Below are positions 9,333 to 19,054 of a stretch of 62,486 bases of DNA, piece by piece. The notes beneath the pieces are model-generated. The model worked only from the letters and a program-made list of their open reading frames with translations. It was not told where the DNA came from and did no database searches. The stretch's first letter is position 1. Each line of letters opens with the position of its first letter. The stretch covers positions 1-62,486 of the forward strand of contig JAEZAS010000509.1 in NCBI GenBank assembly GCA_023430365.1, read 5' to 3'. The DNA is from Planctomycetota bacterium. Its GTDB lineage: Bacteria > Planctomycetota > Planctomycetia > Pirellulales > Pirellulaceae. The position numbers and the translations under genes are program-made.

Positions 9333-9629
9333 ATGGAAACCATTTCGACCATTATCGCCTGGGCAGTGTTCGGTCTGATCGTCGGTGCTATCGCTCGCTT
9401 CTTGTATCCCGGACGCCAACCGATGGGCATCCTGATGACCATGGTGCTTGGTATCGTCGGTTCGTTGCTCGGTGGTTTTGTCTCCTGGATGTTTGGATTC
9501 GATCCGCAGGACGGACCGTTCCAGGGCGCCGGATGGATTATGTCCATCATTGGCGCGTTGATTGTGGTTTGGACTGGTCTGTTCATGGCCAGCCGTAGCG
9601 ACACCACCATGACGCGCGAGCGTTTCTAA
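9333..9629 (+). CDS. GlsB/YeaQ/YmgE-family small membrane protein
   Basis: 98 aa with three hydrophobic helices and the FLYPGRQPMGILMTMVLGIVGSLLGGF hallmark; RBS GGAGA. Confidence 0.75.
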   Translation: METISTIIAWAVFGLIVGAIARFLYPGRQPMGILMTMVLGIVGSLLGGFVSWMFGFDPQDGPFQGAGWIMSIIGALIVVWTGLFMASRSDTTMTRERF

Positions 9630-9676
9630 GCAGTTCCTCTCGTATCGACCGAGTTGGAACCTGCCGCGCAATACAA

Positions 9677-9710
9677 ACGCCCCCGGCAAATTACCGGGGG
9701 CGTTTTCGTT
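9677..9710 (+). terminator. Rho-independent terminator
   Basis: ACGCCCCCGG-caaatta-CCGGGGGCGT followed by TTTTCGTTT. Confidence 0.6.
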
Positions 9711-9759
9711 TCTTGGATCGCTCGGACGGCTGGAACCCGCAACTCGCGGAACTTCGGGA

Positions 9760-11391
9760 CTAGGAGTCCTTGCTCACCGCGGCCGCGAGCGGCGCCTTGC
9801 CGTTCGTCGTGACACCTTCTTCCGGACGAACAGTCACTTCCTCGTCCCCCGTGAACTTGACCAGCGATGCAGGCAATTCCACGCCACCGATGTCCTTCAT
9901 CACTTGCATCATCGGCGGCAATGTCTTTGCCATGCCACTCAGGAAGTCGGCCGTCGTGCTGCGGCCATTGGCGCCGCCATTTTCCCAGACCACGACCTTG
10001 TCGAACTTGATGTTCGAGATCGCCCGAGCCGAAGCGTCCGCCAGGTTGTCGAGGTGTTCGAGCATGAGCATCTGGAACGCCTGATTGGCGCCGCCGCAGG
10101 CTTCGACGATCTGCTTCAGACCTTCACCCTTCTTCGCCAGGATCTCGTACTGACCGCGAGCCTCGGCTTCCAGCTTCAGGTAGATCGCTTCCGCCTCAGC
10201 CTTGGCTGCGAGCATGCGCTGCTCGGCGGCGGCTTCGGCGTCGACGATCATCCGAGCCTTTTGGGCCTTGGCGGGAGCTTCGAGCGCGGCGCGCTGTTCG
10301 GCTTCGACCCGTTCCGCCTCGGCGAGAGCCGCTTTAGCCATTGCCCGGTTTTGGATCTCGAGCACGGCCGCCTCCGCCTGTTTGCGGCGGGCTTCACCGC
10401 GCTCGTAGGCTTCGGCCTTCTTCACCGCCAGTTCCGCCTGTGAGGCTGCAATCATCGCGGCCGACTGGTTTTCGCCCGAGATGGCGGCCGCATTGGCTTC
10501 CGCGACCTGGATACGCATCTGACGCTCGGAGTCTTTGGTCTGCGCTTCCGCCTCGAAGGACGCCGACTTCTCGGCAATGAGTTGGTCTTTTTCCAGCGAG
10601 GCGACGCTGACCGCCTGATCGCGCTGCGCAGCGCGGGTTCCGATCGCCTGCTCCTTGCGTGCGGCGGCCACCTGGATGCTCTTATCGCGCTCAGCCGAGG
10701 CGACGCGAGTTTCACCCATCTTCTCGTTGTCGGCGACGTCGCCACGAGCCTGCTGGATGGCAAGCGAAGCGGCTTTCTGACCAATCGCGTCGATATACCC
10801 CGACTCGTCGGTGATATCGGTGATGTTCACGTTGATCAGCTGCAAACCGATCTTGTTCAACTCGGGCTCGAGCGAGTGCTGGATGTGTTCCAGGAACTTA
10901 TCGCGGTCGCGGTTGATCTCCTCGATGTGCATCGAAGCAATCACCTGGCGCAGCTGACCGAAGATGATCTCCTCAGCCTGCTTCCGGATGCTCTGCACCG
11001 GCAGACCCAGCAAGCGGACGGCGGCGTTGGCCATCACTTCGGGCTTGGTATCGATGGCAACGGTGAACACGCTCGGAACGTTGACACGAATGTTCTCGGC
11101 CGAGAGGGCGCCGCGAAGCGGGACTTCGATTTGAATCGGCTCCAGGCTCAGGTAGGCATAGTCCTGAATCACCGGCCAGACAAAGGCGGCGCCGCCGTGA
11201 ATGGTTCGGCTGGCTTGCCCCTTGCCCGTGCGCCCGAAGATCACCAGCACCCGGTTGCTCGGGCAGCGTTTGTAATACTTCAGCAGGATGGCCAACACGA
11301 GGAAGACCACGACGAGGCCGGCGCCCACCATGGCCGCGGTGTACATGGCCACACCCATCAGGTCGGCCAAGGGAAGTGCAGTTAGAGGCAT
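9760..11391 (-). CDS. Flotillin-family SPFH/band-7 protein (YqiK/FloA-like)
   Basis: N-terminal TM segment, SPFH domain (IQIEVPLRGALSAENIRVNV..., VIASMHIEEINRDRDKF) and a long Ala/Glu-rich coiled coil. Confidence 0.85.
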   Translation of the reverse strand: MPLTALPLADLMGVAMYTAAMVGAGLVVVFLVLAILLKYYKRCPSNRVLVIFGRTGKGQASRTIHGGAAFVWPVIQDYAYLSLEPIQIEVPLRGALSAENIRVNVPSVFTVAIDTKPEVMANAAVRLLGLPVQSIRKQAEEIIFGQLRQVIASMHIEEINRDRDKFLEHIQHSLEPELNKIGLQLINVNITDITDESGYIDAIGQKAASLAIQQARGDVADNEKMGETRVASAERDKSIQVAAARKEQAIGTRAAQRDQAVSVASLEKDQLIAEKSASFEAEAQTKDSERQMRIQVAEANAAAISGENQSAAMIAASQAELAVKKAEAYERGEARRKQAEAAVLEIQNRAMAKAALAEAERVEAEQRAALEAPAKAQKARMIVDAEAAAEQRMLAAKAEAEAIYLKLEAEARGQYEILAKKGEGLKQIVEACGGANQAFQMLMLEHLDNLADASARAISNIKFDKVVVWENGGANGRSTTADFLSGMAKTLPPMMQVMKDIGGVELPASLVKFTGDEEVTVRPEEGVTTNGKAPLAAAVSKDS

Positions 11392-11468
11392 CGATCAACA
11401 CTCCGAACGTTAGATGGGTCGCAAAGAGAAAAGAGAAGTTAAAAAGCAGATTCGTGAGCCGCCTTCGG

Positions 11469-12086
11469 CTAGGAGGCAACCGCCTGATGTTCAGGCAATG
11501 GTTCGACCTGCAGCCGACTGCCGATCAGTCCGACCACACGGACTCGGGCTCCCGTGGGCAACGCTTCTTCGGCCGAGGTGACCGCTTCGTACTCCACCAG
11601 CCGGTCTTGCAGTTTCAGATGCACCTTTCCCGCTCGCTTTTGGTGCGGCGCGATCGGCACATAGACGATGGCCTGCTGGCCGATGGCGCGTTCGATCCGA
11701 ACGGTGCCGTCCGATGCCAGGCGGCGCATCGATTGGAGCAACCAGGCGACTCCGTACATCGCTCCACCGCCCGCCGCGAGCGCCAGGATCCACTGAGCCG
11801 CCGGGCGCAGCTCGGCGGCGTCGGCAGCCAGCCCCCCCAGCCCGAAGAACGTCGTGGCCGCGACGAGCGATCGGAAGGACAGCACACTGAAGAACCATGC
11901 CGCATGATGGCCGTCCGGGCTCATCTCACTGACATCGCCGGAACCATCCAACGGATGATCCGTCGCGCCGCCGAGATCCTCGGGGCTGTCCACGGAATCC
12001 ACACCGATTCCGATGAGGGTGAGCGCCATCTGACAGAGCAAGATGGTTCCCCCAGCAACCGCGCAAATCGTGAAAACGTGCAGCAT
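11469..12086 (-). CDS. NfeD-like membrane protein (YqiJ-like partner of flotillin)
   Basis: Start at the ATG at 12086 preceded by GGGAGGG. Two N-terminal TM helices, a second TM pair, then a C-terminal OB-fold-like tail (VHLKLQDRLVEYEAVTSAEEALPTGARVRVVGLIGSRLQVEP). Sits immediately upstream of the flotillin gene, as in the yqiJK arrangement. Confidence 0.6.
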   Translation of the reverse strand: MLHVFTICAVAGGTILLCQMALTLIGIGVDSVDSPEDLGGATDHPLDGSGDVSEMSPDGHHAAWFFSVLSFRSLVAATTFFGLGGLAADAAELRPAAQWILALAAGGGAMYGVAWLLQSMRRLASDGTVRIERAIGQQAIVYVPIAPHQKRAGKVHLKLQDRLVEYEAVTSAEEALPTGARVRVVGLIGSRLQVEPLPEHQAVAS

Positions 12087-12246
12087 GACCAGACCCTCCC
12101 TGAAGTGGGAGTACGACAAGTAAATAATCGCGAGTATTTCGCTGGCTGGCGGGGGATATTGCCGAAAATCGCTCGCCGGTCCCGCCATCTTGGACCGACG
12201 CTTCCCGCAAGTCAAATAAATGGCCCGCCAGCACTTGCGACCCCGG

Positions 12247-12654
12247 CTATGCCAGCACGAAACGGGTCTGCTGGAGGACGCGAGCGGCCACGGTGACATA
12301 CTCGGTTTCGCCAGCCTGTCCGAGCGTCTGTCGGGCAAGCGCATGCGGGTCGATGCGAGGCGGAATGGCATGCCGCAAGGTCAGAGATCCGCCTGGAACC
12401 AAAACTCGTCGGATTTCGAGCAGGGCGGCCCGCGAAAGGGGCGTTCTCTCGACGATAATCTCATCGACGCTCGCATCGGGGAGCGGAATCTGGTCGGCCC
12501 TGCCCGCCAGATGGCGAGGAATCGGCTGGCCGGCGTCGGGCCCGCACGTCTTCACACGACTGCGATTGAGATTCCAGGCCTGCGGGTGGCGTCCCTCGCC
12601 GCCAATATCGAGCACCAGCGGCTTGTCGGGTGGCAGTTGCATGGCCACCAGCAT
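12247..12654 (-). CDS. Possible small SAM-methyltransferase-like protein
   Basis: VLDIGGEGRHP ... VDEIIVERTPLSRAALLEIRRVLVPGGSLTL is reminiscent of the class-I MTase motifs I and post-III, but the Gly motif is atypical. Confidence 0.3.
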   Translation of the reverse strand: MLVAMQLPPDKPLVLDIGGEGRHPQAWNLNRSRVKTCGPDAGQPIPRHLAGRADQIPLPDASVDEIIVERTPLSRAALLEIRRVLVPGGSLTLRHAIPPRIDPHALARQTLGQAGETEYVTVAARVLQQTRFVLA

Positions 12655-12812
12655 AAACGCTCGGGGCCGAGCCGACAGTCGCTACGGCCCGTGGGCTAAA
12701 TCGGCTAGAGCGGCTAAACTAAAGCAGCCAGGACACTTCGCAGAAAGTAACGACTACTTGCTGCGACCTGCTACCAACCAACCGACGGTCACAGCTTGTC
12801 AGGGAGTCAGCC

Positions 12813-13625
12813 TTGCGGGTCATCATCGAATCCAATGCCGAAGAGGCCAGCCGGCGGGCGGCGAGGTTCGTCGCTGAACTGGTGCGTCGCAAACCGGACT
12901 GTGTCTTGGGCCTGGCCACGGGCAGCACGCCGCTGGGCGTTTATCGCGAGCTGATTCGCCTGCACAAAGAAGAAGGACTCGACTTCTCTCAGGTCACGAC
13001 GTTCAATCTGGACGAGTACGTCGGCCTGCCGGCCAGCCACCCGCAGAGCTACCGCTACTTCATGCAGCAGAGCCTGTTCGACCACATCAATATCGACCCG
13101 AAACACACGCACGTGCCCGACGGTCGGGCGCTCGACTTCGAGGTCCACTGTCGCAACTACGAGCAGCAAATCAAGGACGCCGGCGGTATCGATCTGCAAG
13201 TGCTGGGCATCGGATCGGACGGACACATCGCCTTCAATGAACCCGGTTCATCGCTTGGCAGTCGGACTCGCCTGAAGACCCTCGCAAGTGAAACCATCCG
13301 CGACAACGCCCGCTTCTTCGGTGGCGAGGACAAGGTTCCTCGTCTGGCTGTGACGATGGGTGTCGGCACGATCCTGGAATCCCGCCGCTGCCTGCTGCTC
13401 GCCTTTGGTCCACACAAGGCCTTGGCGGTGCGCGATACGGTCGAAGGTCCGATCACAGCCCAGGTCACCGCCTCGGCGCTGCAATTGCATCGCGAAGTGA
13501 TCGGCGTCTTCGACGAAGCGGCAGCCCGCCTGCTGGTTCGACGCGACTACTACGCGGAAGTGGAGAAGGCCCAGACGCTGCTGGAATCGGGGCAGTTGCG
13601 GGCATTGGGCATCGGCAATCAATAG
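12813..13625 (+). CDS. nagB: Glucosamine-6-phosphate deaminase
   Basis: Full-length match to the NagB family: MRVIIESNAEEASRRAARFVAELV, LGLATGSTPLGVY, FNLDEYVGL, LGIGSDGHIAFNEPGSS. Confidence 0.9.
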   Translation: MRVIIESNAEEASRRAARFVAELVRRKPDCVLGLATGSTPLGVYRELIRLHKEEGLDFSQVTTFNLDEYVGLPASHPQSYRYFMQQSLFDHINIDPKHTHVPDGRALDFEVHCRNYEQQIKDAGGIDLQVLGIGSDGHIAFNEPGSSLGSRTRLKTLASETIRDNARFFGGEDKVPRLAVTMGVGTILESRRCLLLAFGPHKALAVRDTVEGPITAQVTASALQLHREVIGVFDEAAARLLVRRDYYAEVEKAQTLLESGQLRALGIGNQ

Positions 13626-13739
13626 GAATCGTCCGCAAATTCCAAGTGCGGTTGGCGTTCACCGATCGCGGCCCAACGTACGACAGTCTGCGCACATCGC
13701 GTGCGGACAACAGGCAAGTAGAAATCGTCGAAACCAACC

Positions 13740-14756
13740 ATGCGACAAGTCGGCCAACTGACGAGTGAGAAGGACGCACGGCGTTTTGTCGCCTGGCTGC
13801 TGACTCAAAACATTGACGCCATCGCCGAGCAAGGAGGCGTCGGCTGGCAAATCTGGGTGCGGGACGAAGACAACCTGACATCGGCCCGGACGGCACTCGG
13901 TGAATTCTCGGCCGATCCAACCAACGAGCGCTACGCAGAAGCCGAAAAGAAAGCCGGCGTCTTGCAGCGTGAGCGTGAAGCCAAGCGCGAGCAAGCCCGC
14001 CGGCAGCAGGTGCAGATGCGCGATAAGTGGGGCGCCGCATCAGGCGTTGCCACGCGCCGCAGCCCGCTGACGATGGTGCTCATCGGGCTCTGTGTCGTGG
14101 TTTCCTTGATGAGCAATTTTGGCCAGAACTCGCGCAGCGCCGTGATGCGAGGTCTGCAATTCAGCGATCATTCGCAGGCCTTGGAACTCATACGGACGGG
14201 GCGACTCAGGATCGACAGCAGCCCAGCCACACCCGACGAGTTGCGCGAGCGGATCGAAAGGAGCGTCACCTGGTACAACATTCGGCGCGGCGAGGTCTGG
14301 CGGATATTCACACCGATGCTTATCCATATGGGCCTCACTCACCTGATCTTCAACATGGTGATGCTGTACTCGTTCGGTGGGCAAATCGAAACGCGCTATG
14401 GCACCCTGCGAATGCTGTTGTTGGTTCTGGTTCTCGCCGGGTTATCGAATATCGCCCAAGCGGCGGCGGTGCATCCCAATTTCGGCGGCATGTCCGGAGT
14501 GATCTATGGACTGTTTGGCTTCGCTTGGATGAGAGCGACATACGACCCAAATTCGGGACTGCACTTGGATCAGGTGACGGTCTTCATGCTGCTGGTTTGG
14601 TTCGTGCTGTGCATCGCAACCGAAGTTCCGGCATTTGAGCCCACGCTGGGACGGTTGTTTGGTGGGCGGGTGGCCAACGTGGCCCACGCGGTCGGCCTGG
14701 TGGCGGGAATGGCGATTGGGGTGCCTTGGCGGCGGTTTTTGACTTCGCGCCAGTGA
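13740..14756 (+). CDS. Rhomboid-family intramembrane serine protease with an N-terminal cytoplasmic domain
   Basis: Rhomboid core with HLIFNMVMLYSFG, catalytic GMSGVIYGLFGFAW (GxSG) and a downstream His-containing TM helix (VANVAHAVGL). Confidence 0.8.
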   Translation: MRQVGQLTSEKDARRFVAWLLTQNIDAIAEQGGVGWQIWVRDEDNLTSARTALGEFSADPTNERYAEAEKKAGVLQREREAKREQARRQQVQMRDKWGAASGVATRRSPLTMVLIGLCVVVSLMSNFGQNSRSAVMRGLQFSDHSQALELIRTGRLRIDSSPATPDELRERIERSVTWYNIRRGEVWRIFTPMLIHMGLTHLIFNMVMLYSFGGQIETRYGTLRMLLLVLVLAGLSNIAQAAAVHPNFGGMSGVIYGLFGFAWMRATYDPNSGLHLDQVTVFMLLVWFVLCIATEVPAFEPTLGRLFGGRVANVAHAVGLVAGMAIGVPWRRFLTSRQ

Positions 14757-14824
14757 AGCCCGGGTACGCCAGGCCGAGACTCGATTGGCGTGAATTCTCT
14801 CTAACGGCCGTTCTCCGGGCGGTG

Positions 14825-15322
14825 TTACCGCCCGGCTGTGGATTCGATCTTCGCCGCAAGTTGCTCGAGCACGGCGAGGGAGACCTTCTTTTGCCGCATT
14901 GCACGATTGTCGGCGGCTGAGCAGCGGATGGACTCGATGGAGCACTCGAGGCGTTTCGCTCGCCGGGCGATTGCGATGTAGACGAGGCCGTCCTTTCCTT
15001 CGGGGGCGTTCGGTCCCAAGTGGCCGGTGACCGCCGCGGCGTAGTCGGCCTCCGGGGTCAGCTTCAGAATCCGCTGGGCCATTTCGCGGGCGATTCGCTC
15101 GCTCACGGCATCGTGCTGGGCCAGCAGGCGGGCCGAAATGCCCAGGTACTGCTGCTTCGTCTCGTTGCGATAGACCACCATGCCGCCACAGTGATGGTTG
15201 GAAATGCCCGGAACCTTGGCGAGGGTGGCCGACGCGAGTCCGGCGGTACAGCTCTCGGCGAAAACAACTTTCAGCCGGCGCTCGACGAGCAGCCGGGCAA
15301 GGCGGGTGTGAATGGCGGTCAC
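14825..15322 (-). CDS. CinA C-terminal domain protein (PncC-like nicotinamide-nucleotide amidohydrolase)
   Basis: LKVVFAESCTAGLASATLAKVPGIS ... GGMVVYRNETKQQYLGI ... YAAAVTGHLGP is diagnostic of CinA-C. Confidence 0.8.
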   Translation of the reverse strand: MTAIHTRLARLLVERRLKVVFAESCTAGLASATLAKVPGISNHHCGGMVVYRNETKQQYLGISARLLAQHDAVSERIAREMAQRILKLTPEADYAAAVTGHLGPNAPEGKDGLVYIAIARRAKRLECSIESIRCSAADNRAMRQKKVSLAVLEQLAAKIESTAGR

Positions 15323-15390
15323 TTGGTCTCCCAGCGGCGGACGAACGGATGGTTCGCCGCCAGGATAGCACCTGCCGATCGGCCTGTCCG

Positions 15391-15960
15391 CTACGATCCG
15401 CTCGGCGGGGGCGGAGGGACATTCGGATTGGGGGCGGTTGCGCCCGTCGCCGAAGATGAGGCCGACGCTCCGGCTGGCGGTTCGATGACGATCGCTTCAG
15501 CCAAGAGCGGTTGCTGCATATTGCGCAGTTCGTCGAACTCCGTTCGATCCACGCTTCGTGCGCTGCCATCCATCATGCCGACGAGAAAACGCTCACCCGT
15601 GGGATTTGCGGGATAGGCAATCATAAAGTTCGATGTGCCGATCGTCGCTTGCGAGAATTCGAGTCCTAGCACGAGCTTGTAGCCCTCGCGCTCAAGCGTC
15701 TGTCGGGCCTCGCCGCTGAGTCCGGCCTCTTGAAGGTGCTCCCAACTCTCGGGCGCCCCCTTCCCCGTTCCACTTTCCCAGTGGGCGTCATGGTAGTTGT
15801 GATAGGCGAGACCCAGCTCTTTGAGATGGCGCATCACGTCTTCCCGCTTCGCGGCATTCTGCGCCTGCTGGATCGCTTCGCCAGGGTTGCAGCCTATTGC
15901 GAATCCAAGTGACACCGTGGCGGAAACCAGCAAAATCAGCGATCGCGATCGACGGAGCAT
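15391..15960 (-). CDS. Hypothetical lipoprotein
   Basis: Signal peptide with lipobox [17 protein letters not shown]; Pro-rich C-terminus; no recognisable domain. Confidence 0.45.
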   Translation of the reverse strand: MLRRSRSLILLVSATVSLGFAIGCNPGEAIQQAQNAAKREDVMRHLKELGLAYHNYHDAHWESGTGKGAPESWEHLQEAGLSGEARQTLEREGYKLVLGLEFSQATIGTSNFMIAYPANPTGERFLVGMMDGSARSVDRTEFDELRNMQQPLLAEAIVIEPPAGASASSSATGATAPNPNVPPPPPSGS

Positions 15961-16053
15961 TACAAAGTCCCGGTCTGAGAAGGGGTTCGGTGGACATAGT
16001 AGGAGGCTGAAAACGATACCGAAAACTCACGGTTCCTGTCCACCAAGAAAGAA

Positions 16054-17124
16054 TTGGAACCAACGCAACTCGGTCTCCTCCTGGCTTCTCCGCCTGGCGT
16101 GTCTACAATGGGGCTTTCCCACCTTGGCCGGCCCGCCGCTGTGAATCCAACCCTCTATCCGCCCACTCAGCCGACTCGCTACGGCGTCATCGACCCGGTC
16201 GTGTTCGGCACCCTCTGTGGGCTCGTATCCGCTGCCGTCTATACCGCCGCAAACGCATGTCTGCGGGCGGTGCACGATCTCGACCCGGTCTGGGTCTCGG
16301 CGGTCAAGGCAGTTCCCACCGTGGGGTGCATGATCCCGTGGATGTTGCTGCACTATCGCAACGGCGTGCGGCTGATGCCGCGGGCGAGAGTGCTCGTCGC
16401 CATCGCGGCGGCTGGCCTGTGCGGCCAATTGCTAGGGAACGTCTCGTTCCAGTGGGCCCTGGGTCAGATTGGAATGGCTTTGACGGTTCCACTGACGCTC
16501 GGGGGCATGATCGTTTGCGCTTCGATTTTAGGACGAATTTTCCTTGGCGAACCGGTATCGACTCGGATGGGTGTCGCGGTGAGTGTTCTGCTTGTAGCGA
16601 TGGCAGTGCTCTCGCTGGGAGCGGACGATGCTCGCCGATCGCTCGCTCCGGTCGCGTCGAACCCGTGGTCCTTGGTCGCCGGCGTTGCAGCGGCTGGGGG
16701 ATCGGGGTTGGCCTACTCCGTTTTGAATGTCGTGATTCGTTGGAGCGTCAGCAGACACGCTTCGTTGCCCGTGACCCTCTTTACCGTGTCGATCATGGGC
16801 CTCGTTAGCTTGGGGAGTGTGAGCTTCCTCCGCATCGGCTGGAGCGGCATGGTTGCGACGTCAACCAGCGATTGGTGGATCATGCTCGGCGCGGGGATTT
16901 GCAACGCGATTGCCTTCGTGGCGCTCACCAAGTCTTTGCAGTTGACCAACGTGGTCTACGTGAACGCGCTCAATGCCACCCAGGCGACGATGGCCGCCGT
17001 GGCCGGAGTGCTGATCTTTCAAGAGGCGGTGTCCAAGGCCCTGGTCGCGGGCGTTGGACTTACCATTGTCGGGCTCCTGCTCATGAGGAAGGGCAGAGCA
17101 GGGACCGCTGTGAAACCCGAGTGA
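16054..17124 (+). CDS. DMT-superfamily (EamA-like) transporter
   Basis: Ten predicted TM helices in two EamA-like halves; the start is probably the internal ATG near 16108. Confidence 0.65.
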   Translation: MEPTQLGLLLASPPGVSTMGLSHLGRPAAVNPTLYPPTQPTRYGVIDPVVFGTLCGLVSAAVYTAANACLRAVHDLDPVWVSAVKAVPTVGCMIPWMLLHYRNGVRLMPRARVLVAIAAAGLCGQLLGNVSFQWALGQIGMALTVPLTLGGMIVCASILGRIFLGEPVSTRMGVAVSVLLVAMAVLSLGADDARRSLAPVASNPWSLVAGVAAAGGSGLAYSVLNVVIRWSVSRHASLPVTLFTVSIMGLVSLGSVSFLRIGWSGMVATSTSDWWIMLGAGICNAIAFVALTKSLQLTNVVYVNALNATQATMAAVAGVLIFQEAVSKALVAGVGLTIVGLLLMRKGRAGTAVKPE

Positions 17125-17178
17125 ATAACTGCGGTCGCCCGTCCTCCGAAGATTGCCGAGCAAGGATTCGGCATGTTC

Positions 17179-17209
17179 AAAAAAAGAACGTCGCGAATGC
17201 GACGTTCTC
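17179..17209 (-). terminator. Rho-independent terminator (minus strand)
   Basis: AGAACGTCGC-gaat-GCGACGTTCT preceded on the plus strand by AAAAAAA (a T-run on the minus strand), 55 nt beyond the stop of the small minus-strand ORF. Confidence 0.6.
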
Positions 17210-17263
17210 AAGTAGGGACTCGCTGGCTGCCTTGTACGAGGCAGCCGTGCAACATTTCTAGAC

Positions 17264-17458
17264 TCAGCGGCCGACGCTGGCTCGGACGGCTCGCATCGTC
17301 CAATAAGGGCGAAACCGCTCTTCCATCGCGACCAGTTGGGTGTCCAGCTCGTCGTTAAACTTCACCCAGGCCGAGTTGGTGGCGTCGTAAACGACGCTAA
17401 CTTCCTGTTGGGAAGCCGGCTCGCGGGTTTCGACTTTGTTGGAAGCGTTCGGGATCAT
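17264..17458 (-). CDS. Small hypothetical protein (64 aa)
   Basis: ATG at 17458 with AAGGAAAGG 9 nt upstream; terminator directly after the stop; no recognisable domain. Confidence 0.4.
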   Translation of the reverse strand: MIPNASNKVETREPASQQEVSVVYDATNSAWVKFNDELDTQLVAMEERFRPYWTMRAVRASVGR

Positions 17459-18069
17459 GGCGGACACCCTTTCCTTGGAAGTGCCTCATTGGGTGCGGTC
17501 GTCTCTGTTGTGACGGAACAGAGAGCAACCGTCGTGCCATCCGTGACTGCACGATCCGCTGCGTAGCCTCTAAAGGCTGTGGAGAGTTAGCTTTTGCGTG
17601 CGATCTCGGCCGCCTGTACGTTGAACGGTGATAACGGTTTGTAGCCGATTCGTCCTCAGAATGCGACACCAGCCGTCTCACTTTAGAACGGCACGCGGCT
17701 TAGCCGCCGATCACCGTAAGTCGTTCGGGTCGCAAGATAACGGCTGGACCGGTTGCGCAGGCCCGCTGCCGATTTGGCGACCCACTCGCCGGGCGCTCAC
17801 GAATCTGGCAGTCGGCCGCTCGCCGGGCATTTATCGGCTGCGACATCCGGCCGCCCGTGTACATCCGCAACTCTCAGGAACGGTCCGCTCGGGTCTTGCC
17901 CGCGCCTCCGCGGGGAAACTTGAAATTATTTTCCCTTCCCAGCCAAGAGTTTGCCTATCGCGGCGAAAGACTCCCTATGACCGCGAAATTGCGCGGGCCT
18001 TGTTCCGCATTTGGTTTTCATAGTTCGAGGCTGATCCAAGGCGAAGCCGAGACAACGGAGGGCAGTCAG

Positions 18070-18873
18070 ATGGTGAAAAAGGGGATTGCGATTGGTGGAG
18101 CCGTGCTGCTTCTGCTCGGCTTGTTCTTTGGCCGGGATGCGGCGAGCTACGTCGGCACGACGACCGGCTGGGTCCGCGACTCGGTCCACAACAGCATTCC
18201 GGTCACGTTCGAAATCGAACGGGCCAAGCGGATGATCAAGGATCTCGATCCCGAGGTGCAGCGCAACATGCACCTGATCGCTAAGGAAGAGGTCGAAGTC
18301 AGCAATCTGCGCGAGCAGATCGACGTTGCCGAGCGTCAGCTGGCCAAGAGCAAGTCGGACATCGAACGGCTGACCCGCGACCTGAAGCAGGGTGGCAGCG
18401 AATTCGTGTATGCCGGCAAGAGCTACACGGAAAAGCAGGTCGAAAACGACCTCGCCCGCCGCTTTGAGCAGTTCAAGGTGAAGTCGTCGACATTCGAGAA
18501 GCTCCAGCAGGTGCTGGCTGCCCGCGAGCGGGGCCTGTCGGCTGGCCGCGAGAAGCTGAAGGCGATGCAAGCCGCTCGCCAGCAGCTCGAAGTCGATGTC
18601 GCCAACATGGAAGCCCGGCTGGAGATGGTCCGCGTGGCTCAGTCGACCAGCGAAATCAACTTCGATGACAGCCACCTGGCCCGCACCCGCGACCTGGTGA
18701 AAGACATCGGAGCCCGGATTGACGTAGCCGAGAAGCTGGTGAACGCCGAGACCTCGTACCCAGGACAGATCGACCTGGACGAGACCGAGACGTCGAACAT
18801 CACCGAGCAGATCACCGCGTACTTCCAGCAGTCGGACAAGCACGAAACCGAAACGGTTGTGAAGCTCGACTAA
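18070..18873 (+). CDS. Membrane-anchored coiled-coil protein
   Basis: ATG at 18070 after GGAGGG; one N-terminal TM helix (GIAIGGAVLLLLGLFFG), then heptad-rich segments for about 230 aa. Confidence 0.55.
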   Translation: MVKKGIAIGGAVLLLLGLFFGRDAASYVGTTTGWVRDSVHNSIPVTFEIERAKRMIKDLDPEVQRNMHLIAKEEVEVSNLREQIDVAERQLAKSKSDIERLTRDLKQGGSEFVYAGKSYTEKQVENDLARRFEQFKVKSSTFEKLQQVLAARERGLSAGREKLKAMQAARQQLEVDVANMEARLEMVRVAQSTSEINFDDSHLARTRDLVKDIGARIDVAEKLVNAETSYPGQIDLDETETSNITEQITAYFQQSDKHETETVVKLD

Positions 18874-18876
18874 GGT

Positions 18877-18990
18877 GCGTAGGGTAGGCTTCCAGCCTGC
18901 CCGCGCAGAGAATGACGAATGCTTCAATGACGAATGACCAATGAGGTAACTTGCTTCATTGGTCATTCGGGCTTCGTCATTCGTCATTTT
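18877..18990. repeat. Composite repeat: hairpin family f (CGTAGGGTAGGCTTCCAGCCTGCCCGC) plus family b (AATGACGAATGACCAATGA inverted pair)
   Basis: f: GGGTAGGC-ttcca-GCCTGCCC. b: AATGACGAATGACCAATGAGG ... TTCATTGGTCATTCGGGCTTCGTCATTCGTCATT. Related copies lie at 23950, 24793 and 53736..53843. Confidence 0.65.
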
Positions 18991-19054
18991 CGTAGGCCAA
19001 GGGCCTCTCTACGATAGGGAACGCAGTTCTGCGTTCCCTTTTTCATGGCGAGCA

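Noticed and set aside
10582-12296. Plus-strand ORFs 10582..11385 and 11376..12296
   Set aside because: Antisense to the flotillin and NfeD genes.
11469-12371. Full 300-aa version of the NfeD-like ORF
   Set aside because: The first 95 codons are Arg/Ser-rich with no RBS; an internal ATG with a GGGAGGG SD precedes the first TM helix.
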